NCBI GenBank assembly: GCA_050257015.1
Contig: JBLMWC010000125.1
Coordinates: 1,018-65,017 of the forward strand
DNA length: 64,000 nucleotides
Source: Bacillota bacterium
GTDB lineage: Bacteria > Gemmatimonadota > Gemmatimonadetes > Gemmatimonadales > GWC2-71-9
Direction: 5' to 3'
The position numbers were made by a program, and so were the translations under genes. How positions within the stretch are numbered: the first letter of the stretch is position 1; every line of letters begins with the position of its first letter. The notes beneath the pieces were generated by a model, which saw only the letters and a program-made list of their open reading frames with translations, did not search any database and was not told where the DNA came from. This document shows, one piece after another, positions 54,300-63,500 of the stretch.

Positions 54300-56546
54300 A
54301 TGACCGACCTTCGTGACCGCCTCGCATCCGGACTTGCCGATCGCTATACCCTGGGCCGGGAGCTCGGTCAGGGCGGCATGGCCACCGTGTACCTCGCACA
54401 CGATCTCCGTCACGACCGCGATGTGGCGCTCAAGGTCCTCCGCCCCGAGATTTCCGCCGCGATGGGAGCCGACCGGTTCCTGCGGGAGATCAAGCTCGCC
54501 GCGGGGCTGACCCATGCGCACATCCTTCCGGTATTTGATTCGGGGGAGGCCGGCGGTCTCCTCTATTACGTGATGCCGAGCATGGAGGGCCGCTCGCTCC
54601 GGGAACGGCTCGATCGGGAGCGCCAGCTGCCGCTTTCCGAATCGCTGCGGATCACCCGCGAGGTCGCCTCGGCGCTCGACTACGCCCACCGGCACAATGT
54701 CGTCCACCGTGACATCAAGCCCGAGAACATCCTGCTGCACGAAGGTGCTGCGATGGTCGCGGACTTCGGCATCGGCAAGGCGCTCTCCGCGCAGGGGGCG
54801 TCGCTCACGCAGACCGGCCTTTCGCTTGGCACGCCCGCGTACATGAGCCCCGAGCAGGCCGCCGGCGATCTCGGGACCGACGGGCGCAGCGATCTCTACT
54901 CGCTCGGCTGCGTGCTCTACGAGATGCTCACCGGTGAGCCGCCGTTCACCGGCATCTCGGCGCAGGCGATCATCGCCAAGCGCTTCGTCGCCCCCATTCC
55001 GCGGATCCAGGCGACGCGGGATGTTCCCGCTGCGGTCGACACCGCCGTCACCCGCGCACTCGCGCGGACGCCGGCCGATCGCTTTCCCTCAGCCGCGGAA
55101 TTCGCCGCTGCGCTCCTCGCCATCAGCCGGGACAGCGACAGTGGTGAGCGCGCGGTCGGCGGCGCGCCCCGCGCCGATGCCCGCGCCATCGCGGTGCTGC
55201 CGCTCGCCAACATGAGCGCCGACCCGGAGAACGAATACTTCGCCGACGGCATGACGGAAGAGATCATCAACGCGCTGGCCAAGGTGCCGGGGATGCATGT
55301 CGCCTCGCGCACCAGCTCCTTCGCCTTCAAGGGCAAGGAGGTGGACGTGCGGCAGATCGGGGAGAAGCTCGGTGCCTCCTCGGTTCTCGAGGGAAGCGTG
55401 CGGAAGGTGGGCAACCGGATCCGGATCACGGCGCAGCTGATCAGCGTGGAGAACGGCTACCACCTGTGGAACGAGACCTACGACCGGCAGCTGGAGGACG
55501 TGTTCGCGGTTCAGGACGAGATCTCGCGCGCCATCGTCGACGCGCTGAAGCTCAGGCTGGCGAACGACGGGGCGCAGGTCGTTCCGCCGACCAAGGACCT
55601 CGAAGCCTATACGCTGTATCTCAAGGGGCGCTTCTTCTTCGCCAAGCTGTCGGAGCCGTCGCTCCGGAAAGCGCTCTCGCTGTTCGAGCAGGCATTGCTC
55701 CGGGACCCCGGACTGGCGCGCGCCTACGCCGGCATCGCCGATGTCTGGTGCAATCTGGCCGACGACTGGGTGGCGCCCGATGAGGCGTACCCGCGCGCCA
55801 AGGCGGCAGCCGAGCGCGCCTTGCAGCGTGATCCCGAGCTGGCCGAGGCGATCACCTCGATCGGCAAGGTGCTCTGCTGGCACGAATGGGACTTCGCGGG
55901 TGCCGAGGCGCAGCTCGCACGCGCGACGACGCTGAGCCCGAGCTACGCGGAGGCGCATTACGTGCGCGGCACCGCCCTGCCCCTCGTGGGCCGGTTGCAC
56001 GACGCGATCGACACCATGGCCCAGGCGCTCAAGCTGGACCCCCTCTCGGTCCACTACTGCGAGTGGCTGTCCCGCTTCCTCCTCTACGCCGGGGATTACG
56101 ACGGCGCCATTGCCCAGGGGCACCGGGCCCTCGAGCTGGACGAAGGATGGCTCCGGGCGCCGCACTATATCGGCGCTGCGCATCTCGCGAAGGGCGAGCT
56201 CGATCAGGCGCTCCTCTGGTTCCGGCGGGCGCAGGCGCTGGAGAAGTCGGTGCGCTCGTACGACGCGAACATCGTGCGGGCGCTGGCCGCGCTGGGCCAG
56301 CAGGAGGAGGCCGAGGCGATCATGACGCGCCTGGAAGAGGCGTCGCGCCAGCAGTACATGCGCTCCGAGGTACTCGCCATGGGCCACGCGGCGATCGGGG
56401 ACTTCGACCGCGCGTTCACGGCGCTCGAGCGCGCGTACCAGGCGCGGTCATCGGGGCTCATCTACCTGCATCTCGACCCGGGCTTCCTGCCGCTCCGGCC
56501 CGACCCGCGGTACGCCGACCTCGTCCGACGCATCGGACTCAAGTAG
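54300..56546 (+). CDS. Hanks-type Ser/Thr protein kinase with TolB-N-like and TPR C-terminal domains
   Basis: Part of ORF 54054..56546, from ATG 54300. Kinase motifs: GQGGMATVY, VALKV, HRDIKPENIL, DFG and MSPEQ. These are followed by IAVLPLANMSADPENEYFADGMTEEII and TPR-like repeats. Confidence 0.85.
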   Translation: MTDLRDRLASGLADRYTLGRELGQGGMATVYLAHDLRHDRDVALKVLRPEISAAMGADRFLREIKLAAGLTHAHILPVFDSGEAGGLLYYVMPSMEGRSLRERLDRERQLPLSESLRITREVASALDYAHRHNVVHRDIKPENILLHEGAAMVADFGIGKALSAQGASLTQTGLSLGTPAYMSPEQAAGDLGTDGRSDLYSLGCVLYEMLTGEPPFTGISAQAIIAKRFVAPIPRIQATRDVPAAVDTAVTRALARTPADRFPSAAEFAAALLAISRDSDSGERAVGGAPRADARAIAVLPLANMSADPENEYFADGMTEEIINALAKVPGMHVASRTSSFAFKGKEVDVRQIGEKLGASSVLEGSVRKVGNRIRITAQLISVENGYHLWNETYDRQLEDVFAVQDEISRAIVDALKLRLANDGAQVVPPTKDLEAYTLYLKGRFFFAKLSEPSLRKALSLFEQALLRDPGLARAYAGIADVWCNLADDWVAPDEAYPRAKAAAERALQRDPELAEAITSIGKVLCWHEWDFAGAEAQLARATTLSPSYAEAHYVRGTALPLVGRLHDAIDTMAQALKLDPLSVHYCEWLSRFLLYAGDYDGAIAQGHRALELDEGWLRAPHYIGAAHLAKGELDQALLWFRRAQALEKSVRSYDANIVRALAALGQQEEAEAIMTRLEEASRQQYMRSEVLAMGHAAIGDFDRAFTALERAYQARSSGLIYLHLDPGFLPLRPDPRYADLVRRIGLK

Positions 56547-56648
56547 TCCCTCACGAGACTTTCATCCAGCCTTTCGTCCAGCTTCACCTCTCGACCGCTA
56601 CCCTTGAGCGGACCAGGTCAGTTGTTGCCACGAACAAGGGAGGACGCC

Positions 56649-57044
56649 ATGAAGGGCTACATCGCGAATATCGAAGATCAGACCGACGAGAACCACGACT
56701 TCCGTCGCGTCGTCTACACCGGTCCCCACCTTCAGCTCGTGCTGATGGCACTGCAGCCCGGCGAGGAGATCGGTGAAGAGGTCCATGAGAACGTGGATCA
56801 GTTCTTCCGCATCGAGCACGGCCAGGGCGAAGTCTGGATCGACGGCCACAAGACGGGAATCGTCAGCGAAACGGCGGTGCTCGTCCCGGCCGGCGCGAAG
56901 CACAACATCCGGAACACCGGCGATACCGCGCTCAAGCTCTATACGCTGTATGCGCCGCCGCAGCACGCCGACCGGACGGTCCAGCCCACCAGGGCCGACG
57001 CCGAGGCATCCACGGAGCATTTCGCGGGACAGATTACGGAGTAG
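56649..57044 (+). CDS. Cupin-domain protein
   Basis: Part of ORF 56604..57044, from ATG 56649 (GGGAGGA upstream). Contains LQPGEEIGEEVHENVDQFFRIEHGQGEVWIDG...VPAGAKHNIRNTG. Confidence 0.7.
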   Translation: MKGYIANIEDQTDENHDFRRVVYTGPHLQLVLMALQPGEEIGEEVHENVDQFFRIEHGQGEVWIDGHKTGIVSETAVLVPAGAKHNIRNTGDTALKLYTLYAPPQHADRTVQPTRADAEASTEHFAGQITE

Positions 57045-57053
57045 ACGCGTGGC

Positions 57054-57094
57054 GGAGCGGCGCCGGCGCCGTATATTCGGGCGCCGGCCGCTCC
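57054..57094. repeat. GC-rich inverted repeat with AT-rich loop between the cupin and CDF genes
   Basis: GGAGCGGCGCCGGCGCC-GTATATTCG-GGCGCCGGCCGCTCC: about 15 bp of stem with a 2-nt bulge and no U-tract. Confidence 0.5.
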
Positions 57095-57124
57095 CGTCAT
57101 TCGATCCCGCCACCCCGAGCGCTC

Positions 57125-58054
57125 GTGGCCCCGGACACCTCCCGCGGCATCCGTTCCGCCCAGCTGGGCCTCGTCATCAATGCCGGACTCGCGATCGCCA
57201 AGCTGATCGCCGGGCTCGTGGGAAACACGTACGCGCTGGTCGCCGACGCGGTCGAGTCGACCGCCGACGTCTTCGCCTCACTCATCGTGTGGGCCGGCCT
57301 CCGCCTGGCAGGCCGCGGACCCGACGAGGCCTACCCGTTCGGGTACGGCAAGGCGGAGGCGCTCGCCGCCGGCGCCGTGGCACTCATGCTGCTTCTGGCC
57401 GCGATGGGCATCGCGATCGAGGCGGTCAAGGAGATCCGGGCCCCGCACTTCTCACCGGCACCCTGGACCCTGGGCGTGCTCATCACCGTCGTGGTGATCA
57501 AGTGGGTGCTCTCCCGCCGCGTTCACGCAGTCGGCGCCGCGATCGACAGCACCGCGGTCAAGGCCGATGCCTGGCATCACCTGAGCGACGCCCTGACGTC
57601 CGGCGCAGCGTTCATCGGCATCTCGATCGCCGTCCTCGGCGGTCCCGGGTGGGAGTCAGCCGACGACTGGGCGGCGCTCTTCGCTTCGCTCATCATCGCA
57701 TATAACGGAGTGTCCATGCTCCGCCCCGCGTGGAACGACCTCATGGACCGGATGCCCGGCGCCGAAGTGGTCGAGCCGGTGCGCCGGGCAGCGGAGGGCG
57801 TGGCCGGCGTTCTCGCGACCGAGAAACTCGCAGTGCGGAAGACGGGGCTCGAGTACCGGGTGACGATCCACGTCCAGGCCGATCCCGCCCTGTCGCTCTC
57901 CGAGGCGCACGTCCTCGGCGGCAAGGTCAAGAGCGCCATACGCGCGGCAGTGCCGCAGGTGCAGTCGGTGCTGGTGCACATGGAGCCGTACCAGCCGGCA
58001 GCGGCTCCGGTAGATTCCATCGAGCGACGGCCCGGTACCCGGGCCTCGCTGTAA
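57125..58054 (+). CDS. Cation diffusion facilitator (CDF) family metal efflux transporter
   Basis: ORF 57125..58054 with a GTG start. Contains LIAGLVGNTYALVADAVESTADV, ...DAWHHLSDALTS, and a cytoplasmic C-terminal domain. Confidence 0.8.
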   Translation: MAPDTSRGIRSAQLGLVINAGLAIAKLIAGLVGNTYALVADAVESTADVFASLIVWAGLRLAGRGPDEAYPFGYGKAEALAAGAVALMLLLAAMGIAIEAVKEIRAPHFSPAPWTLGVLITVVVIKWVLSRRVHAVGAAIDSTAVKADAWHHLSDALTSGAAFIGISIAVLGGPGWESADDWAALFASLIIAYNGVSMLRPAWNDLMDRMPGAEVVEPVRRAAEGVAGVLATEKLAVRKTGLEYRVTIHVQADPALSLSEAHVLGGKVKSAIRAAVPQVQSVLVHMEPYQPAAAPVDSIERRPGTRASL

Positions 58055-58074
58055 CCTGCAGCCTGGAGGACAGC

Positions 58075-58494
58075 ATGCGAATGTCAGGAATCGGAGCGGC
58101 GCTGATCGCTGCGCTCGTGGTCGCAGCCCCGCTCTCAGCCCAGCAGCCCGCCCCACCGGCGAAGATGGGCCCGCCGGCCGCGGGCATGAAGATGGACATG
58201 AAGATGATGGACTCGATGGATGCCCGACTCGACAGCGCCGTCGCCCGGATGAACCGGACCACCGGCGACGCGCGGGTCACCGCCATGGCCGACGTGATCA
58301 ACGCACTCGTCGCGGAGCACCGGATGATGCACGCCCACATGCAGCAGATGATGGGCGAGCACATGGGCGGAATGCCGGGGATGCAGCATCCGGCGCCCGG
58401 CCAGCCGATGCGCGGGATGATGCATCCGGACTCGGGGCACGCGCCGATGCCGGGGATGGCGCGGCCGGACAGCGCGGCACGCCCCCGCAGGTGA
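58075..58494 (+). CDS. Secreted Met/His-rich protein (putative periplasmic soft-metal binding protein)
   Basis: C-terminal part of ORF 57730..58494, from ATG 58075 (GGAGGA upstream). Signal peptide MRMSGIGAALIAALVVAAPLSAQ, then MKMDMKMMDSMD ... HRMMHAHMQQMMGEHMGGMPGMQHP...MRGMMHPDSGHAPMPGM. Confidence 0.6.
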   Translation: MRMSGIGAALIAALVVAAPLSAQQPAPPAKMGPPAAGMKMDMKMMDSMDARLDSAVARMNRTTGDARVTAMADVINALVAEHRMMHAHMQQMMGEHMGGMPGMQHPAPGQPMRGMMHPDSGHAPMPGMARPDSAARPRR

Positions 58495-59582
58495 GCACGC
58501 CCGGCCGGCTGTCGTTCCTCGACCGCTTCCTGCCGGCCTGGATTCTCGGTGCGATGGCGCTCGGCCTGGCGGTCGGGCGCACCTGGCCCGGCCTCGCCCC
58601 GGCGCTCGACCGGGTACAGGTGGCGGGGGTGTCGGTGCCGATCGCCATCGGCCTCCTCTGGATGATGTACCCGGTCCTCGCGAAGGTCCGCTACGAGACG
58701 ATCGGCCGGCACACGCGCGACACCCGGTTCCTCGGCACGTCACTCGTGCTCAACTGGGTGGTCGGACCGGTCGTGATGTTCGCCCTCGCGTGGGTCTTCC
58801 TGCCCGATCTCCCCGCCTACCGCAACGGCCTCATCCTCATCGGACTGGCGCGGTGCATCGCGATGGTGCTGATCTGGAACTCGCTCGCCCGGGGGTCGAG
58901 CGAGCTGGCCGCGGTCCTGGTGGCGCTCAACTCGGTCTTCCAGATCCTCACCTACTCGGTGCTCGGCTGGTTCTTCCTTACCGTCGTGCCCGGCTGGTTC
59001 GGGCTGGCCTCGACGGCACTCGACGTCTCGATGGGACGCATCGCGGCGAGCGTCCTCGTCTTCCTGGGGATCCCCCTGGTGGCCGGCTATCTGACGCGCC
59101 GGATCCTCGTCGCGCGACGGGGCGAGACGTGGTACGACGGGAGCTTCATGCCGAAGTTCGGGCCGACGGCGCTGATCGGCCTGCTGTACACGATCGTGCT
59201 GATGTTCGCCATGCAGGGGGACCGGATCCTCGCGGTGCCGCTCGACGTGCTCCGGATCGCGGTTCCGCTGGTGGTCTATTTCCTCGTGATGTTCGGACTC
59301 GCGCTCGCGCTGGCCCACCGACTGGGATTCGCCTATCCGGCCAGCGCGTCGCTCGCCTTTACGGCCGCGGGCAACAACTTCGAGCTTGCCATCGCGGTGG
59401 CTGTCGCGACCTTCGGCCTCGCCTCGGGTGAGGCGCTGGCCGCGGTCGTCGGCCCGCTCATCGAGGTACCGGTGCTCGTCAGCCTCGTCTACGTCGCGCT
59501 CTGGGCCCGTCGGTTCTTTCCCCCGGAGCCCTCCGTCGAACCGGCGGGCCGCGCGATCCCGAGCGCCACTCCCGCCGGCTGA
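58491..59582 (+). CDS. acr3: ACR3-family arsenite efflux permease
   Basis: ORF 58491..59582. Contains FLDRFLPAWIL, MMYPVLAKVRYE, and the conserved GLARCIAMVLIWN. GTGA overlap with the upstream gene. Confidence 0.85.
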   Translation: MSTPGRLSFLDRFLPAWILGAMALGLAVGRTWPGLAPALDRVQVAGVSVPIAIGLLWMMYPVLAKVRYETIGRHTRDTRFLGTSLVLNWVVGPVVMFALAWVFLPDLPAYRNGLILIGLARCIAMVLIWNSLARGSSELAAVLVALNSVFQILTYSVLGWFFLTVVPGWFGLASTALDVSMGRIAASVLVFLGIPLVAGYLTRRILVARRGETWYDGSFMPKFGPTALIGLLYTIVLMFAMQGDRILAVPLDVLRIAVPLVVYFLVMFGLALALAHRLGFAYPASASLAFTAAGNNFELAIAVAVATFGLASGEALAAVVGPLIEVPVLVSLVYVALWARRFFPPEPSVEPAGRAIPSATPAG

Positions 59583-59591
59583 AGCCGGCTC

Positions 59592-60038
59592 TCACCCCGC
59601 CGGGCGCGTCACCGCTTCCAGCACGCGCCGGAGCCGTGCCTTCACCTCCGCCGCCAGCGGCGCGATATCGGTCCGCCCGGTCAGCTGCAGCGCCGCCTCG
59701 GGGTCCAGCGCGGCGACCACCGTCCGCACCGGGTCGTCCGTCGCATAAACGATCACGTTGCAGGGCAGCAGCAGACCGATATCGGTCTCGAGCTGAAGGG
59801 CCTGATGCGCCAGTGGCGGATTGCAGGCGCCCAGGATCAGGTACGGCGGCCGGTCCACGTCGAGCTTCTTCTTGAACGTCGCCGCGACGTCGATCTCCGT
59901 CAGGACGCCGAATCCCTCCGCGGCCAGCGCGTCTCGCACCCGGGTGACCACCGCGGCGTACGGCAGCGCCACCGTCACACCAAGGCCGTACGGGGTGGTC
60001 TGGCTAACCGTCGGGCGCTCTTCGATGATCGTGCTCAT
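59592..60038 (-). CDS. DUF302-domain protein
   Basis: Part of ORF 59592..60185, from ATG 60038 (AAGGAGG upstream). Contains VRDALAAEGFGVLTEIDVAATFKKKL...YLILGACNPPLAHQAL. Confidence 0.7.
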   Translation of the reverse strand: MSTIIEERPTVSQTTPYGLGVTVALPYAAVVTRVRDALAAEGFGVLTEIDVAATFKKKLDVDRPPYLILGACNPPLAHQALQLETDIGLLLPCNVIVYATDDPVRTVVAALDPEAALQLTGRTDIAPLAAEVKARLRRVLEAVTRPAG

Positions 60039-60268
60039 GACGCCTCCTTCGGCCCCGCCGGGCCGGCCAGCGCCGTGCTGCACCCGAAGGCGTGCAGGCG
60101 GCCGAGCATCCGCTCGAGCGGACAGAAGTGCGTAAAGCTCGACTGCATCAGGTTCACGCCGACGAATGCGGTGAACAGAAACCACAGCGGACTCACGAAC
60201 CAGCCGAGCGCGAGTGACGCCAGGATGAATGTGCCGGCGAAGCGCCGGATGATGTTCTCATTGCACAT
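60035..60268 (-). CDS. DUF2892 (YgaP-like) small membrane protein
   Basis: Part of ORF 60035..60301, from ATG 60268. Sequence: MCNENIIRRFAGTFILASLALGWFVSPLWFLFTAFVGVNLMQSSFTHFCPLE. Confidence 0.65.
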   Translation of the reverse strand: MCNENIIRRFAGTFILASLALGWFVSPLWFLFTAFVGVNLMQSSFTHFCPLERMLGRLHAFGCSTALAGPAGPKEAS

Positions 60269-60300
60269 GCCCGTTTCCTTTCGCTCCTTCGTGTGACGCA

Positions 60301-60591
60301 TCAGAAGAACCGCTCCACCGGCAGCTCCGCGACGTGCAGCCGCTCGCCGGGGAGCGCAGCCCCCGCCAGGTCCCGCAGCGCCGTCGAGAGCGGCGCAACG
60401 GTGTCCTCGGCCAGGACGGTGAAGTACACCTGCGACTCACCGGGCCAGGCCCGGCTTCCCTCCCGGCGCCCGCTCCTCCCCGCACCGTGCGCGTTGGAGA
60501 GCTGCGTCCACCCGATCACGCCGTGGTCATCGAGCATCCCGGGAATCAGCTCGGGGCGCGGCCCGCCGTAGATCACCACCAGCATCCTCAT
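60301..60591 (-). CDS. Small uncharacterised protein (96 aa) coupled to the RND pump
   Basis: C-terminal part of ORF 60301..61119, from ATG 60591 (ATGA overlap with the RND stop). Sequence: MRMLVVIYGGPRPELIPGMLDDHGVIGWTQLSNAHGAG... A PII/ferredoxin-like fold is only a guess. Confidence 0.5.
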   Translation of the reverse strand: MRMLVVIYGGPRPELIPGMLDDHGVIGWTQLSNAHGAGRSGRREGSRAWPGESQVYFTVLAEDTVAPLSTALRDLAGAALPGERLHVAELPVERFF

Positions 60592-63500
60592 GGTGTGACA
60601 CCTTCCGCGAGCTCGCGTCGCCGGAGCTCCCAGTAGAGGAGTGGAACGACCACCATCGTGAGCAGCGTCGCCACCACCGCGCCGCTCATGAGCGCGACGG
60701 CGAGGCCCTGGAAGATCGGATCGAGCACCATCACGAGCCCGCCGACGACGACCGCAGCGGCAGTGAGCGCGATCGGCCGGAAGCGGACGCTGCCCGCCTC
60801 GACCACCGCCTCCGCCAGGGAGGCACCCCTCTCCTCGGCGAGCTGGATGAAATCGACGAGCAGGATCGAGTTCCGCACGATGATGCCGGCGAGCGCGATC
60901 ATGCCGATCATCGAGGTGGCGGTGAAGAACGCTCCGGTCAGCGCATGCCCCGGGAGAATGCCGATGAGCGTGAGGGGAATCGGCGCCATGATGACGAGCG
61001 GGATTTTGAACGACTGGAACCATCCGACGACCAGGACGTAGATCAGCACCAGTGCCCCGGCGAACGCGATGCCCAGGTCGCGGAAGACCTCGATGGTGAT
61101 CTGCCACTCGCCGTCCCACTTGAGCGCCGTCTCGTCGAGCCGCTCCGGCTGGACGGCGTTGTAGCGCCGGATTTCCGCACCCCCCACCCGCACGGAATCG
61201 AGGCGGCGGTTCATCGCCAGAATGGCGTACACCGGCGATTCGATCGTTCCCGCCACGTCGCCAGTGACGTAGATGACCGGGCGCAGGTCCCGCCGGAACC
61301 GCGCGCTTTCACGTCGCGACGAGTCGACCGTGACGAACCGCGCCAGCGGCTGCGGCCCGCTCGGCGTCGCCACCGGCAGGGCGAGGAGCGCCTCGGCGCC
61401 GGACCGGTTCTCCAGCGCGAGCCGGGGCACGATCGCGACCCCCTCGCGTGCAGACGGCTGGGCCGCGAGCCCGACGGTCCGGCCCGACTGCGCCAGATAC
61501 ACCGCCTGCGTGATCTGCTCGACGCTGGCGCCGGCAGTGGCCGCCCGGACCCGGTCCACCCGGAAGGCGAGCTGCATCTGCGGTGCCTCGACCGTCCAGT
61601 CCACGTCCACGACCCCGGGCGTGGACTCGAAGACCGCCTTCACGCGCCGCGCCGCGTCCAGGCGGGCGCCGTCATCGCCGGCGTACACCTCCGCGACCAG
61701 CGTCGAGAGCACCGGCGGTCCGGGAGGAATCTCGGCAATCTTGGCGCTCGCCTGATAACGGCCGGCGATCGAGTCGATGGCGGGCCGCACCGCCACCGCG
61801 ATGGCATGACTCTGACGCTTGCGGTCGCCCTTCGGGCGGAGGTTGACCTGAACGTCCGCCACGTTGGCGCCGCGGCGGAGGAAGTAGTGGCGCACGAGGC
61901 CGTTGAAGTTGAACGGCGCGGCGGTGCCGGCGTACAGCTCGGTGCTCTCCACTTCGGGCACCGTGCGGAGGTAGGCGGCGATTTCCGACGCGACCGCCGC
62001 CGACGTCTCGAGCGTCGTCCCTTCGGGCAGGTCGAGCACGACCTGAAACTCACTCTTGTTGTCGAAGGGGAGCATCTTCACCGACACGAGCCGCACGGCC
62101 ACGAGCCCCATCGAGAGCAGGAGCAGGCCGAGCACGCCGCCGTAGAAGGTGCGGCGACGCCGGCGGCTCGCCATGAGTCCGGTCATGAGGCGCGCGTAGA
62201 GCGGGCCGAAACGGCCCGGCTTCAGAGCGGCCGGCGCGCCGGCGTTTGCGGCCGGGTGCGTGGCCACGTGGCCGCGCAGAAGCCGGAGCGCGAGGTAGGG
62301 GGTGACGATGAACGCCACGGCGAGCGACGCGAGCATCGCCACCGAGGCGCCGACCGGAATTGGCCGCATGTACGGCCCCATCAGGCCGCTCACGAACGCC
62401 ATCGGCAGGATCGCGGCGATGACGGTGAAGGTGGCAAGTATCGTCGGGTTTCCGACTTCGTCCACGCCCTCGACGGCGGCCGTGGCCGGATCCTTGTCCC
62501 CCATCAGCAGATGGCGGTAGATGTTCTCAACCACCACGATTGCGTCGTCCACCAGGATGCCGATCGAGAAGATCAGGGCGAACAGCGTGATCCGGTTGAG
62601 CGTGTACCCCAGCGCGTAGTAGGCGAAGAGCGTGAGCGCGAGCGTCACCGGCACGGCGACCAGCACCACGAGCGCCTCGCGCCAGCCGAGAAAGAGCCAG
62701 ATGAGGATCGTCACCGACACGGTGGCGATGCCGAGATGCAGGATGAGCTCGCTCGCCTTGTCGCTCGCCGTCTCTCCATAATTGCGGGTCACCGTCACCC
62801 GCACGTCGGCGGGCAGGAGCCGCGTCTTTGCGGCGTCCACCCGCTCGAGCACGGCCTCCGCCACCCGCGTCGCGTTGGCGCCGTGGCGCTTCGCGATGCT
62901 GATCGTGACGGCGCTCTCGCTGGCGGCGCCCTGCCCCGCGTGCGAGACGTAGTCGGTCCGCTCGCCGTACTCCTCGGTCACCATCGCGACATCGCGGACC
63001 GACACGGCGGCTCCGCCGCGCGTGGAGACGACCACGCTCCCCACGTCGGCCGCGGCCCGGAGCGGCGCTCCCACGCGAACCAGGTAGACCTGGTTCCCGG
63101 TGGCCAGCTCGCCGGCCTGCAGCCGCGCATTGGCGGCCTGCAGTGCCATCCCCACCTCGCCGGGTGTCACCCCGGCCGCCACCATGCGCATCGGATCGAG
63201 CGTGACCCGGATCTGCCTCGGCTGGCCGCCGATGACCCAGGTCTCCGCGACGTCCGGCACCGTGCGTACCTCGTCTGCGAGATGCGTGGCGATCTCCCGC
63301 AGCTCGTTGGAGCCGTAGCCCGACGAGTGAACCGTGAGCGTGACGATGGGGACGTCGTCGATCGAATGCGGCTTCACGAGAGGAGGGGTCGCGCCGAACG
63401 GCGCCTCATCCGCCGCGGCCAGGAGCTTGGCGTGCACCTTCACGACGCTCTGCTCCTGATTCTCGCCGACCCGGAAGCGGACGGTCACGAGCGCAAAGCC

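Noticed and set aside
50648-57100. An integrated mobile element at tRNA-Pro.
   Set aside because: There is no integrase, excisionase or transposase, no repeat of the tRNA 3' end longer than 8 nt, and coding GC looks native. I kept it only as a low-confidence 'variable block' finding.
57125-59582. Calling the CDF / Met-rich / ACR3 stretch a classical ars or czc resistance operon or island.
   Set aside because: No arsR, arsC, arsD, czcCBA-type HME pump or mobility gene is present. The adjacent RND pump has the AcrB-type motif rather than the heavy-metal motif. Only the individual gene calls are supported.
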